DNA from: the human T2T-CHM13v2.0 reference genome, Homo sapiens
Direction of reading: 5' to 3'
DNA: 64,000 bases
Assembly: GCA_009914755.4 (NCBI GenBank)
Contig: CP068257.2
Span: 40,512,001-40,576,000, forward strand
The notes under the pieces were generated by a model. That model was not told the origin of the DNA. It did no database searches and saw only the letters and a list, made by a program, of their open reading frames with translations. The position numbers were made by a program, and so were the translations under genes. The number at the start of each line of letters is the position of its first letter. Position 1 is the stretch's first letter. This document shows positions 24,901-40,189 of this stretch, piece after piece.

Positions 24901-27046
24901 CCCAAGATGCAGGCTCCTCCCAGTTCTCTGCTCACCTGTGCTGAGGCTCTGCGATCTGTGGAATGGGGCCGTGTTGCAGGCTCTTGTAAGGATCAGTGTT
25001 GCCCACCGAGGGCCCAGCACACAGGCTCCTAAGGTGACGAAGCACACATCCTGCTGCCAAAGTCACAGCAGCAGCGGCGCCCTCAGACGGGCCCGTGGGC
25101 CTCCTCCGCACAGTGTCGGGTGCTGAGTGCCTCTTGTGGGCTCTGGGCTTCGCGTCCAGCACTGCCAAAGTTGCCCAGGTTTCACGGGAAGCTCGCGGCA
25201 GGCCGGGCCCAGCAGCCTTCCGGGAGAAGGACACTACGCATCTGCGGCCCTGCATGCCCCCAGGAGCCCATGGGCTCCAGCACGGGGGTGGGCAAGGGGC
25301 GAGAGTCTGGCCCCTCATCTCCTGGCAGATTTCAAAGTGTGGTCAGAAACATAGCTGGACTGGGCAACTGGCTGAAGTGGAAGTCATCATTCAGCTAATG
25401 AGGCTTGATCTTTTCTCCATCCCCTGCTACTGCTGGTGTCTGTGCTGGCCTGGAGCTCACCCCACCTCACCCGGGCAGAGCAAAGGCCCTTGGCTGGCAG
25501 ATGCTGGAGGGTCTGTAAACTTGCTGGTGAATGCCCGGCTGTGGACACACAGCAGATGCCTGTCAAGGGAGAAGGAGCCAAGGAGAGCCCTGGGGATTCC
25601 CAAGAGCTTTAGGGTGTAGGGAAAATCGCCCAGGCAGGCTGATTCTGCGAGGCTTGTCCCTATAGCAGGAGATGGCCTGTGCGAAGTGGGACTCCTGGGA
25701 AGGAGCGATGAGGACTAGAGGGAAGGGGCAGCATGACTCCACAGGCTCTCACAAGGGACACAGCATGGACATGCTTCTGCCTGGATGCCCCTCTGAGTCG
25801 ACAGAGATCCATGTGCCCTGGCATCAAGGTCAGGCAGGGGAGACGTGCAGGGAGTGGAGTGGACACCAGAGGGGCAAGCACCACGGTGTGGACACCGAGG
25901 GGAGCCATGGGTCCTGGGGGTGGCCTGGGACTGGACTGTTGAGTCTTGGGTGGGCAGAAATCGTTCCCCTCATCAAGGACTGTAGATCCTCACTTGCGAC
26001 ACCCAGGACACCAAAGCGCTTCTGTTACTGGATAAAAGGTCTTGACTGTGTGTCATCCAGGCTCTTTGTGTTGAACAAAAAATTGAACAGAATGCATAAA
26101 CAAAGCAAAAAAGAAGGAAGCGACGAAAGACAAAGCAACAAAATAACAGTAAATAAAGTGCAGGTATATTGAAGCTAAAGTACACTTCACAGAGTGGGAG
26201 CAGGCTTGAGCAGGTGGCTCAAGAGCCCCCATTACAATGCTCTTTAGGGTTTTTATAAAGCTCAAATAATCTGGTGACACCCCTAGGCACCCTTTAGAAG
26301 CCTCCAATTAGTCAGACCCTATGAAGGATTGGCCTGTGACCAATCAGAAGCTGAAGTGGAAACTTCTGTCTTGTTATCGCTGGAGTGAGGATGTGGCCCG
26401 TGTGCTGCCTAATCTTGCCTAGAACTGGCTGCACCTGCTGTTCTTTTGCTTATCCCTTAACCCTTGGTCACCCTAATCCCTATTCTCCTGTCTCAGTTCT
26501 GATGGAAAGAAAGTGACAGATGACCTGGAGGTTCCTAACCCAGGGAATAGCTAGAGTTCGCATCCCACAAACTAGTGTTAGACTGTGGGAGGCTAAGGGT
26601 ATGGGCTTTGCGGTTGTGAGAGTTTGGAGGTTGAATCTCAGCCCTCCTATGTGGGGCATGTCACCCAATCTCTCTGAGCCCCTGTTTCCTCATATTTACC
26701 CCACCTGTGAATTGAAGCTGTTGCTAGCATTGGTTAGGGAACTTTGGGCAACAAGCAATGGAAATGTCAACTCCAACAGTCTTTAAGGATAAAGTCAATT
26801 TATGACCCCTTGCAAGTGAGAAGTCCAGGCCAGGGTGGAGCTCAGGTGTGGCTTGCTCCTGCAGCTCTCAATGGCCCAGATTTTGTCTGCCTTTTGCTCT
26901 GCGTTCCATGGTATTAGTTTAACCCAAAGCTCCCTCTTAGCTCCCAAATGGCTGCGAGCAGTAATCAGGACTAATTGCTCATTTGTGCATGTCCAGCTGA
27001 AGACAGAACAGGTCTTCCCCCAACTACGGATTAAAAGGCTGGGTTA

Positions 27047-27667
<621 letters not shown>

Positions 27668-30600
27668 CTACACTGATATTTGCTTCTCTGACCTCCGAAG
27701 GCTCCATCTCCTAGGACGTTTTCCGGGAGCCAGGGAAAGCAGGATAGCAGAGCCTGGTCACGTAGTGCTTTGAGAATGCGCTGGGTGGGCGAGCGGTGCC
27801 TTCTTATTGGGTTGTTCTTGTGAGGAGCATTCTGATTCCTACTTAGAAGCCCTGAATGAAGGTGGGAGCCCCTGACGATGGCAGAGGCAGGTATGTCTAG
27901 GGTCTGGGGGCACCTGGTGTCATCTACTTGAGTCCTCTTTGAACTCTGCATTTGGCAGCTGAGCGATACCGAGGAAGTCACTTCCCCTCAGCGTCAAGCA
28001 CCTGTGCTCATCCTCAAAGGGGTCAATGACGCTTAGGTCACACTCTCCAGGGCCCAGAGCTGCTGAGCTGCACACATGTACGTTTCTCCATGAGACCATC
28101 TTGGGGGACAAGTGCTGGCACCCCCACATGGTAGGACAAAGACAGAGGCCTTGAGACATTAGTAACCTGCCTCAGATCACACAGCTGGGGCCAGACCAGA
28201 GCCCAGGCTGCCCGCGGTCATGTCCTAGGCACCATTTCTCATAGGCATCGTTGAGTGGGAGTCTGGGCTAAACAAGACCACACTGGTTTTGATGACGGCA
28301 TTTTCTGCCCCTGTACCGCATGGTAGGCCAGGGCCTCCCTCCCACCTGGCTACGCTGCGCCTCCACCTTCACTCTCAGTCTCTGTAAAGACATGTTTTGA
28401 GTGCTTGGGGCAGTCGCTGAGAATATTAAAGACATAATACAGGGGCGTGCACGATGTGGGGCCTTGGTACAGGTTGGTACAGGTTGGATCCATGCCTGCC
28501 CTGGCTCTGGGACCCTCCTCCCCAGGATAGAGCCAGGACAGGTGGGGAGGGGGTCACTACCTGGCATGATCCGCCAGGAGCTGGGGCAGAGGGACGGAGC
28601 CTGCCTGGCAACAGCCATGATCCACCAGGGGCTGGGCAGAGGGATGGAGCCTGCCTGGCAACAGTTCCAGGGGGGGTCCTTACTGGGACTTCCCCTTCCC
28701 AGGACCGCCAGTCCCCCAAACACAGCGGGAGCCCTGGTCAGGGAGGCTGGTAACCTAGGGGGAAGCCAGCGCTGGAGCTCTGGCTGAGGATGGAGCAGGC
28801 ACTCTCTGTTCAACCCTCCAGGAAGCCAGCATCACCAGGTGGCTGGGGTGGCTTCTGGCCTCCACTGTCTGCACGCTGTACCCTGGAGCTGCCTTGGGAA
28901 GGTTTCGGCTCCTGCAGCTCCCCCACGCCAATGCAGACATTGGCCTCATTCAGAGCAGGTCCGCTCTTCCCCAGGGGCAGGCCCCTCTCATGCGGCCCGC
29001 TTTCACTTTATCGGAGTCACAATGATCTGACCTCCTCCTATTGATCACGCACAGCATTTCCTGGGACTGAGTTTAATTTCTAATATCTGCCCCATCAGGC
29101 CCCTCCTGGGCAATCCTCTTCCTTCCTGGAAGGTACATTAAACTCTGAGGTTTCACAAGGGCTGGCTGCATCCCTGTGCAGGCAGACAGGACCCCACACA
29201 CCCAGGCGAGCCCTCCTTGGCGGCCTGTTCATCTGCAGGGATTCTTCCGGTTCCCCCTCTGGACAGCCCCACGGCCCAGATGCCTTGGCTTCCCAGCCAC
29301 AGATCCCTCATTGACCTCCCCTCCTTGCTGGGGAGAGGCAGGCGCTGGGTCATCCATGGGGCATGAAAGTGACGGCTACACCCTCCAAGCCCGCTGGGTC
29401 CCTCTGCCGGGTGCCTCCCATACCTGCCCCTCTGCAGTTGAGCAGGTGAGATCTGCTGGGGGAGGAGGTGGCCCCAGGATCCCTGTCGCCGTCCCGGCCT
29501 CCCCGCTGCCCTGCACTGGCTCCTGGGCTTCTCCTTGGCCCTCAGTTCCACGGCTTCCTGGCTCCAGCCTCCTGCCTGGGGCTACCCAGGGCCGTCAGGG
29601 GCTTAGTTGTTCCAGGAGGCTGTTGTACACAGAAAACACCTTCATGGCTGCTTGAACATTTAATATATAATTTATTGAGGTTAATTTAAAAAAACAATTA
29701 GTTTTCCTTAAGTAAACTCAATTCATGAATCTTATTTATTTGTTTTATATTCATCTGGGAGCTTTTGGCAATCTCTTTCAGAGGGACTTTTGATTAATGT
29801 TTGACCAACTCAGTTGAAAAAAACCCTCATGAACAGTCAATTCTGTTAATTAAATTCCCTCAGACATTTACACTGAACTTAGAAATTTATTTGATTTTCT
29901 TTTTAAGACACTTCAGCTGCCTGACCCAAGTACTTCAGAGGACTCTGAGAAAACCACTGACACCTTTGTAAACAGGCAGCTCCCAGAGTCCAGGAAACAT
30001 TCCAATTCTACTTATATATCTAGTTTGTTTTGCTCACACCTTTCAATTTAGAATCACTAGTCTGTAGAGAATGGCACATTTTAAACTAGAATCAGCTGTT
30101 CTGGGGAATAAACTAGGAAAGTGTGTGCTGTGGGAGCCTCTAGTATGCCTCATTCTCTTACACACTGTAAACACTTTCAAACACATACACAGACTGTTTC
30201 AGAACACAGCAGGAAAGTATTAATATGATAGGTTTGATTTACTTCATCATCTGCAAACAATGGTAAACCTTCCTGGAGTTGAAGTGCTTTCTCCACTGTG
30301 GAAGCAATTTCCTGTAGCAAGAATGGGGTTACTTTCTCTAAGTGTGCGTGATTTCGGTCTGGGCTTGAGACCTGGGATCATAGGCCTTCTGGATGATTCT
30401 GTGATGCCACTGATGAGAACTTTGGAAGCTGCCCTGACACAGACCTCCACATCCTCCAGAGGGGCCAGTCTCCCAGGCATGACCTGGTTCAGATAAATCA
30501 TTCCCGGATCCTTCCATCAGATTAGTCTGTGCCCATTGCCCGGTGACTTCACCACTGATTAGATTCAATGTTTCTGCTTCTTCTCGAGTTATTTTCAAGC

Positions 30601-33600
30601 TCTTCTGAACTGGAGAAGTACAACTGATTAGATTCAACTTCTCTGCTTCTCTTTCAAGTTATTTTCAAGCTCTTCTGAACTGCAGGGGTACAACTCTCAC
30701 AGGCAGAGTCTCCATGTCTTTTGTGCTCTGCCCAGCTAGGTGGTTCCTGGGCTGTGATGCTGCCTGGTGCTCTGGGCTGCCCCTTGATCTGTTTCTGATT
30801 TAGCATCTGGCTCTAGCTCCTCCACTGTGGTCCTGGCCCTACCTGTGCTCTTGCAAGGAGCGTTTGGCCTATTCAAAACCAAACCCTACCACCCAGTCTG
30901 TCCACGTGTACTTAGAGAGTGTGGCACAATTGGTTGGCTGTGTAGGACTGTGAGCTTTAGAGACCTTCATACACATTTGATCATTGATCCTCACAAAGGC
31001 TGTGCAATTAGCAGGCATCCTCCCAGGTTCATAGGTGGGGAATTGATGCCAAGGCACGTGAAGGGGCCTCATCAAACTGCATAACCAGTACCCTTCGAAC
31101 CTCGATAGCAAGAGCGGATATTGATCGGTTCTGTTCTTAGAGCTGGATGCTGTACTAAGAAGTTTACATACATGATCTCAATGATGCCCCCCAAGAATAG
31201 CACGGTTTGGGAACTGTTACCACCCCCGTCTCACAAATGGGCACTCAGGACCTCACAGAGGATGAGCAGCTCGGTGAGGCTGAGATTCCAGCTGAGGCAC
31301 CCTGACCCCAGAGCTTGAGCTTAGCCTCTGCAGCGCTGCGTTTCCCCTGACATCAGCCCCGGCATCGCCGCCTGCAGTGACTTTGGACACAGTTATAGGT
31401 GCCCTGCTTAACTGCACCTGGAGGAGGCAGGGTGGGTGAGCTCTATCAGGACAAATCCTGGGGGTGGCCCCAGCTGCAGGCAGGACTCGTTCCTCAGCAG
31501 AGTGGCCACTGTACAGAAGGCCACGTCAAGTCAGAGGGCGCAGGGTGGCACTGCAAGGAAGGAGTGTGTCCAACACTCAGCACCCAGGCTGCAGTGGAGG
31601 GGGCAGCAGCACAGCTTTCCGGGCAGGCAGGCAGCTGGGGACACCTGTCCAGGGGCAGCACTGTCCACTGCCAGGCTGGCTGATTGGGATGCAGGAGTGA
31701 GACTCTATTCCCTGGTTTGGGCAGAGGCAAGGTTTCGAACATGAATGTTTGTTGAACTTTTATTATGTGCTGGGTGGTGAACCATGCACTTCACAGAGAT
31801 GAGGCCCTTGAATGTGCTCTTGGCGGCAGGAAGCGTTTTCCTTATTCTTCAGCCAGAGAAACTGAGCGCAGAGCGAAGGGAGCTTGGCCAAGGTCGTCCG
31901 TGAGCGGTGTCGGGCCTGACCTAGCACGCCACACCTGGGCAGGTCACCAAGGCTCTGTGCTTCAGGAACCAGGCTGGGGAGCCCCGGCCCAGCAGCAGGA
32001 GCAGCATCAGGCTGTGTGGGACTAAGCCCTGGAACATGGGACAGGAGAGCTGATGCCCTGATTCTCTGGAGCCTGAGCCCTGGGACCCGAGCTGGGCTGA
32101 GTGTGTGTGGCCCTCTCTCAGGTCTCAGTGGCAGGGGAAGGAGGTCGTGGGGACTGGGGACCAGTGCGTCCTTTTATTCATCACCTCATAGCTACCTCCT
32201 CCCAAACCCCATTAGGATACAGTGTGTCAAATCTCAGACAGCAAATCCTTCTCTCATAAAGGGGCAGGATCATCTCCATCCTGTTTGTTCCAACAGAGGC
32301 TGTAGTCAGGGGCAGTTTATGGGGTAAGAAGGATGTGCTGGGGGCCCCCAGGACCACGCTTAGGCTTGATGCTTCTCTGGAAAGACTCACAGACCACAGA
32401 AGTCACAGTTTCTTACAGCAAAAGGAGGCAGATTAAAATCAGCAAATGAGAAAGTCACACAGGGTGGGGAGGGACCGGGTGCGAGCTTTCAGCTCCCCTC
32501 GCAGTGGGGTCACCAGTCAGCACCCGTTCCCTCAGCGTTGATGTGTGACAACACTCACGGTGCCTTGCCACCACCCTGGGAGCCCTGAGCCTTGGTGTCC
32601 ACATTTTTATTAGGGGTCAGCCATGAAGGCGTGGAGCACCCACATGGTTGCCCACGGCTTCTCAGCCCCCAGCCCCCAAGAGGTCAAAACTGTGACCCAG
32701 GACCCCAGAAGACCAAGCCAAACCTTTACCCTAAATCCCCTGGTTAGGGTAAACCGTCCAACAGGGCCCCAGGTCCCAGGTCTACAAAGACATGCTTGTC
32801 GGGCGGGATATTCCAAGGGCTTAGAGGTCATCACCAGGCCAAGCAGGAGCCAGTCCTGTGGAATGTGCAGGGTCTGGACACCCAGCCCCACTGAGTGAGC
32901 CCTTCCCCGCACAGGGGACAGGTGGTCTGGAAGGGAGGGGCATGAGTGTCTGAGGGTGCCTGTGTCCATGGAGCCGCCCTCTGAGCACTGACGTCTCATA
33001 AAGACGTGTCCCGGCTGTTGGGGGTCAGCCCCTCCTGTGTCTGGCTCTGATTTCCCTGCAGGGTGGGGAAATTGTCCCACCCCAGGCACTCAGGTGCAGC
33101 TGGACTAAAGGTCAAGGGGGCATTAGCTCAAGCTCAGAGCTCCTTGACTTCAGCTGTGCAGAAACGATGAGCGCCTGCTGGAGGGACAACTGGTGCATGC
33201 AGCTGACGGCACGCAGCTGAGAGGAGACGCCCCTCATTGGTTTTGGATGCATCATATTTTACGCATCTCCAAAGGTGTTTATAATTTTTTTTTTTCAAGT
33301 AGCAGAAATCGCCATCAACCCAGCAAAAATAAACATATCAGTAACCATGGTGACTTCAGCCTTCCAGCCCTGGGCAGAAATGATCTCAGGCGGACACAGA
33401 GGGGCGCAGGCGTGGTTCTAAACGCTGGGTTCTATTGAAGGTGGACTAGATCTGATTGAAACTCTTCACAGCTGCTGGTGGTTGGAATTCCAGGCTCCCT
33501 GCAGGTGTCTGCCCTTCCCCTGGAAGCCTCAACAGTGACAGGGGCTGTAGCTGCTGGTGCCCGGGCTGGTCTCCTGAGGCCACCACTAGCTTCCTAGGGA

Positions 33601-34350
33601 GGGGCTTTACCCAACTAGGACACAGGGCCGCAGACCTGGGCACCGCTCAGCCAGGCTTCCTTCCTCGGGCCTGGACCCACTATCTGCCTGGGCTTCTGTT
33701 GCACAGCGATGATGCCAGGAAGCACACATATTCCAGCGTTCACCAGTGCACACCACCACACATCGACGCTGAGGGAACGGGTGCTGACTGGTGACCCCAC
33801 TGCGAGAGGAGCTGAAAGCTTGCGCCCGGTCCCTCCCCACCCTGTGTGACTTTCTCATTTGCTGATTTTAATCTGCCTCCTTTTGCTGTAAGAAACTGTG
33901 ACTTCTGTGGTCTGTGAGTCTTTCCAGAGAAGCATCAAATATTCCAACATTCACCAGTGCACACCAAAATTCTCTCTGTGGATTTTGGGAGAGCGAGAGC
34001 GAGAGAGAAACAACAGCAACAAAACTCTAAGGAACTAACGGTGTAAAGAAATAAATTAACATGCAGAAAATTTCACATAAGGTCCATCCGCATGGCCTCC
34101 CCAGGCAAAGCTTTCACCTTCTTCCTAAGGCCCAGCCTTCCCCTGGAGAAAAGGCCATTCACCCACCTGCTGGCGAGGGAGAGGTGGCCCCCAGATTCTC
34201 ACACACAGGGTCACGGAGCTTGTCCTCCCTCCCAAACCACCTTCACTTCGGATCTGCCTGGATGCTGATTAGACTGGAGAGAGGAACAGATCAGAGACAC
34301 TAGACCAGGGTGGGCGGAGGAGGGGCCAGGAGGCAGATGCAAAAAGGGGA

Positions 34351-34653
<303 letters not shown>

Positions 34654-37600
34654 AAGGGGAACCTGAGACCCCCAGCTCTGGCTGCCCTCGGTCTACACTG
34701 CTGGCAACAAGTCCAGTCCATAGTTTTTTCAGACTTTGAGGCCCAAATCTTTGATCTGGAAGGACCTGGGATTGCCAACTTGGCAGGGACTAGAGGGTAA
34801 AGGGTGGAGTCTGTCCAGGCGAGGTGTGGGGTGCCCTGGACACAGAAGACTGCATTTTGGGTCTTTATCCCTTATTGTCTCCCCAGATGCTTTTGTGAAG
34901 ACAGGTCTGCTCTTCAGGTGCTCCCCTCTGCCCCTGGGTCCTGAGGGCACCAGCCCTGCCTCCCCAACCTTCTTCCAGGTGAGAATGCAGGTCAGGCTGG
35001 AGGCAGACACCTGCAGATCCTCCTAGAATGCGGGCAGCTGGGGACTCCAGATGTGGGAGTCCTGATACCCACAGTCCAGCTGTGGCCGAGAAAAGGGGCA
35101 TTTTCTACTTTGCTGATCTATTTGAAGGGAATAACACCCAAAGATGGCTTTCTCCCAAGTCATGGACAGACAAAGGCAAACACGAAAACACCATCAGCCT
35201 GGCTGGCTCCGGGCCATGAAGCCTGCGGGGCTGAGCAGACTTCTGCTGCATCTGTTGGGAAACAATGCACAGTGGCCCTTGTCCCGAGGACGCAGGCTGC
35301 CTTTCAATCACTGCTGTTTCTGGAAAAAGAGAGCCCAGTCTTCCCAGAGAAGCGGGCTTAATAAGGACACAACCCTTCTGTACTCATGATAATCACAGCT
35401 CACGGCCGTGGAGAGCTTCATAGCGCTCCATCCTGTACTGAGCCCTACACATTTATAATCTCATTTAATCCTCGTAACAATCGGGCAAGGTCAGTATCGC
35501 CGTCACTGCTCCCCTTCAGGAAGCTGAGGAACTGCCCAGGGCCCTAGGATAGATCGGCATGGGGCAGGGTCAGCCCGAGACTCCCAGCCCTTAGCCCACA
35601 GAGCCTGGGGTCACAGCGGTGAAAGAACGGGACATACAAATGCAGAGGGCTCCTGCTCTAGGGTCCTCTAGGTGCTGTCACAGAGGACCACACAATTGGT
35701 AATTTAAAACAATGCACATTTATTCTCTTAAAGGTCTAGAGATTGAAGTCCAACACAGGTCTCCTTGAGCTAAAATCAAGGTACTGCAGGGCTGGTTCCT
35801 CCCAGAGGCTGGGTTTAGGGAGAGTCCACTTCTTGCCTTTCCCGGCTTCTAGAGCTGCCCTGAGGCCTTGACCCTCGGCCCCTCCTCCCTCTTCAAAGGC
35901 AGCACTGGCGTGGAGGCCTTCTCACATCTCATCCCCTGAGCTCCTCTTCCGCCTGCTCTTTCACATGTAAGGATCTTGGTGATCACTTTGGGCCTACCAG
36001 GATAATCCAAAATAAACTCCTGATGTTAAGGTCAGTAGATTAGCAATTTTCATTCCACCTGATGCCTTAATTCACTTTGCCAGGTAAGGCAACCGAGTCA
36101 CAGGTTCCAGGATTAGGAGGCAGAAAGGGCTTCAGCCGGGGTTGACGCATTCAGATGTGTGCTCTCTATGGCCTTTCTGTGTCTTGGCCTGGCAGTCCTC
36201 CTGGAGTCGTCCCTGCTGGCAGGGACAGGTGCTGGAGTCAGCTCACGCCGGCTTCTGAGAGCCCAGTGGGGAACGGCTGAAATGTACAATTAATAAATTG
36301 CACTAAAACAAAGGTAACTTGAGTTTTGAGCATTTGTTACCTTTGTTTTAATACAATTTATTAATTGTACATTTTATGGTATTATTATGATATAATTTTA
36401 CGATCATCATGCTGTGGCAGTTATTACCTCTGTTGCATCTGTATGGCAGAAATCCTGTGTAACAGGAGGTTTGCTAGGGCACACCGGTCTCTGCATTGAG
36501 CTTCGTCGTGTCCACAGCTTGAACCAACCATCGCAAGAGCATTTACGTCACGGAAATCAGCATGTGCTACAAATCGAGGCTTGATTTTATCGTCTTATTG
36601 ATTATCTAGACTCAAGGAAATGATGAAAATCTTCGATGAACGCAGATTAATCTACAAGTGTGCTATGGTCATAACTGTTACACTGTAAATAGCATAAAAC
36701 GTTGTCAAATCGTAGTTGAATTGCAGCTATAGGCTGGCTACAAATATGAGAGTTTGGCCAAAATCAACAAAAGCATCTGTGTGGACCAGTTGGCTCTATG
36801 GAATTTATGATAAAAAGTCCTGTATATTTATTATTTGTAAATTGTGTGCTTCCTTTGCATGAATAAAACTTAGAGTGGACTGACGTACAGATGTTTACAC
36901 ACACGTCTTTTCTGCAGAGAGCCTGTTGTTAAACATTTGCCAGCACACCACTGCCTACCCCCTGCAACCCCCACCCCGCCAGCCTCACCTTCCCGGCCCC
37001 ACACTTTGTGCTCTCGTCCTCTGAGCCACGAGCACTTTCCAGAGCTCTCCTGCTGCACCGATGCCCTCTGCCCAGCATGGGATGACCCATCCCAACCATC
37101 CTCTCCCCTTGCCTGGCCCATCCTACTGGTCCCCCAGGCACGGCCCAGCAGTTATTCTCTCCAGGAAGCTGTTCTCTCCAGGAGGCTGTCCTGGCTTCTG
37201 GGTTGGGTCAGTGCCCTTCTGTGTTCTGGGGGTCCTGGGTTTTCCCCCATTGCACCCTGTGGGAATCGTGCTTGCTTCTCTGTGTTTAGGACTGGCCCCT
37301 GGCTGCCTCGTTGGTGGGGCCATAAAACTCTCCGTTTGTGCCCCAGAATCTAGCACATTTCCTACATAGTAGATGCTCAATAAACATTCACTCAATAGAA
37401 CAAACAGAATATTCACTTAAGGAGCTGGGATTGTTCTTGACTGAATACAGAGCTAGGTCTCTTCCCAGACACAGAAGGAAACAGACAAAGGAAGGGAAAG
37501 CTCTGATGGATACATGGTTCTGAAGGGGCCCTGGGTCCTGGCACATGAAGACGCTTGGGCACATGGGTGGGGAACATTGGGGAATGCCACGTCTCAGCTC

Positions 37601-39116
37601 CTATGACTGGAGGGCCCTTTGGACCGTTTTGGCTTCAATACAGCAGGCACCTGACATCCTTGACAGAGGAGTTTCTTTCTGCAGATGCACGAGGGATGTG
37701 GAACCCAGGACTCAGAGGGGGCAGATTAGTGTTCCCCCCAGGGGGCCCTGGGAGCCACGATCCTGCAGCCGGGGGTGCTCAGAGGATAAACAGGTGAGGC
37801 AGTTAATCGGGAGGCAGTCCTCTGGGAGCCCCAGTGCAGTCAGCAAGGCATGGAAGCCGTCTGTGTGGGCTTCCATCATGGTGGGGCACTGGGGGCCATG
37901 TGGGGTTCCTTCACTTCACGTAGGTGCAGCTCATCATGGGATGACAGTGGGGGGTTGGAGGGGACACCCTACGGGTCCCAGAGATGCCAAGTGAGGTCAT
38001 CGTGATGATGGAGGTGCTGGCTGGTGGCCTCCAAAGGCAGGCAGGGGCAGGCCCTTTCCCTGTGTCCAAGTCCACATGGGCACTCTCAGGGCTATGCCCA
38101 TTTGACACGAGTCTCCACGCCTGGTGAATGTTGGCACCAGCACAGCCATTCCATCGTGGCCCTGAAACCACCACAGAATACTCCATATCATGATCGTAAA
38201 ACACTCAGTGCCAGCCGCAAGCTCCTCTGACGGAGGCTGTGGTTCCCACGGAGCCCTGGCGCCTGTGGCACCCTCTGCCCTCCTGCTCCATCCGGAGCCC
38301 TGGTGGCTGTGAGGCGGGGGCTCCTCTCCTGTCCCTGCCACCCCCACCAGGTGGTGGCACCCCATCCTGGGAGGCCCCCGCCTCCTCTGCCTCTTCTTCT
38401 ACTTGGAGTGTGAAATCAGTGGACACGCGCTGGGGCAGAGTGCAGCACTGACCCCCGTGCTTGCTCACTCTGCAGGCGCCGTGGGCAGGGGCTGGGTAGG
38501 GGGCTGCTGAGCCAGCGTGAGGGCCCTCCCCACATCCTCACCTCGGAAGGAAATGCCCTCCCTGGAGCCGCGGGGCAGTAACTGAGGTAGCACAGCTGTT
38601 GAGTGCGTGTCCGGTGCCAGGCCAGGGGGGCAACCCGTGTTGGGGACATGTTGGATGCCTCTCTGAGTCCTGGAGCCTGAGTGGCTCTAGCCCCCAGACG
38701 TTCTCCAGGAAGCTTTACTGGCCTGAGGGTCGCTCGGGAGCAGAGATGGAGGGGAGAGATGGGCCCTTCCCACTCGGCCTCCAGCAGCTCAGCCCGGCCT
38801 CTGCCCCCTGCCAACCCCCCTCCTGCCAACCCCCCTCCTGCCAACCCCCGTTTTCAGGTCTCCTTTTGGAGACAACAAGGTCACTGTGGCACAAGGACCC
38901 ACAGTTCCTTATAGTCCAGAGAAATTTAGGGCGGTGGGCGGTAAGCTGGGGCAAGAACTGTTCTCGGGCAGCCCCGGCTGGAAACATCACAGATTTGTCA
39001 ATGAGTTTGCAAACATGATTGAGACATCTCCGCTCAGGAGCCTTGGGCTTCAGGTGACAATGACTCACTGGCATGGGCTACCAAGTGTGTGTGTATTTGA
39101 CCTCAGCGGGTTACAC

Positions 39117-39815
39117 ATGCACAACACACAGACACACAAAGACACGGACAGACACAGATACACACACAGACACACACACACACACACACAGAAATATACA
39201 CAGGCCGGGCACGGTGGTTCAGGCCTGTAATCTCAGCACTTTGGGAGGCTGAGGCAGGCGGATCACTTGAGGTCAGGAGTTCGAGACTAGCCTGGCCAAC
39301 ATGGTAAAACCCCATCTCCACTAAAAATACAAAATTAGCTGAGCGTGGTGGTGCATGCCTGTAATCCCAGCTACTCAGGAGGCTGAGGCAGGAGAGTTGC
39401 TTGAACCTGGGAGAAAGAGGTTGCAGTGAGCCAAGATCATACCACTGCACTCCAGCCCAGGCAACAGAGCAAGACTCCATCTCAAAAAAAAAAAAACAAA
39501 CGAAACACGGAGAGAGACATACCCAAACATATACACAGACACACACACACGAATACACACAGACACACACAGAGAGACACAGAGAGACACACGCAAACAC
39601 ATACACACACTGACACACAGACACACATATACAGAGACACACATATACAGAGACACACATAGGTACACACAGACACAGAGAAACACACACACACACAAAC
39701 ACACACATACAGACATATGCACAGAGAAACACACACACAGAAGACATACAGACACACACACAGAGACACACACAGCCACATACAGACACACAGAGCCTCA
39801 CACACAGGCACACAC
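39117..39815. repeat. (CA)n/(GACA)n/(CACAGA)n-rich simple repeat block, split by the Alu at 39203-39508
   Basis: acacacagacacacaaagacacggacagacacagatacacacacagacacacacacacacacacacag on the left, and ...gacacacacacacgaatacacacagacacacacagagagacacagagagacacacgcaaacacatacacac... on the right. Confidence 0.9.
39203..39508 (+). mobile_element. Alu SINE (sense, full length) inserted inside the CA/GACA repeat block
   Basis: ggccgggcacggtggttcaggcctgtaatctcagcactttgggaggctgaggcaggcggatcacttgaggtcaggagttcgagactagcctggccaacatggtaaaaccccatctccactaaaaatac...ctccatctcaaaaaaaaaaaaacaaacgaaac. Confidence 0.95.
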
Positions 39816-40189
39816 GCCGCCCTGAGGCCACACAGGCCACACTTTGTACGCAGCCCCCACCTTCCACAGGCCTCTCTGTTTGTACAAACACCGCCAAACA
39901 CATCCCCCTCATCAGCCCCTTTGAGTTTTCAAAATAGTTACGATATCCTCACTCCAACAATATCTGGAGGAAGGCTGCCTTTCCCCAATTTTATTTTTCT
40001 TAGACAAAGAAACAAAGAGTCCAGGAGACGCCTGAGAGAAGACAGAGGAAGTGGCAGAGCGGGGGAGGGGAGCAGAGCATCCAGCAGCCCAGAGAAGGGG
40101 AGCAGGGAGGGGGGGACCCAGTGGAAGGCTCAGAGCCACCGGTGAGGTGGAGGACCATCACAGCCACGGATTCTGTAGGCGGACTTGTC

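Noticed and set aside
39103-39912. 269-aa minus ORF and overlapping ORFs rich in Cys/Val, or in His/Thr on the other strand
   Set aside because: Translation of (CA/GACA)n repeats running through an Alu. Low complexity.
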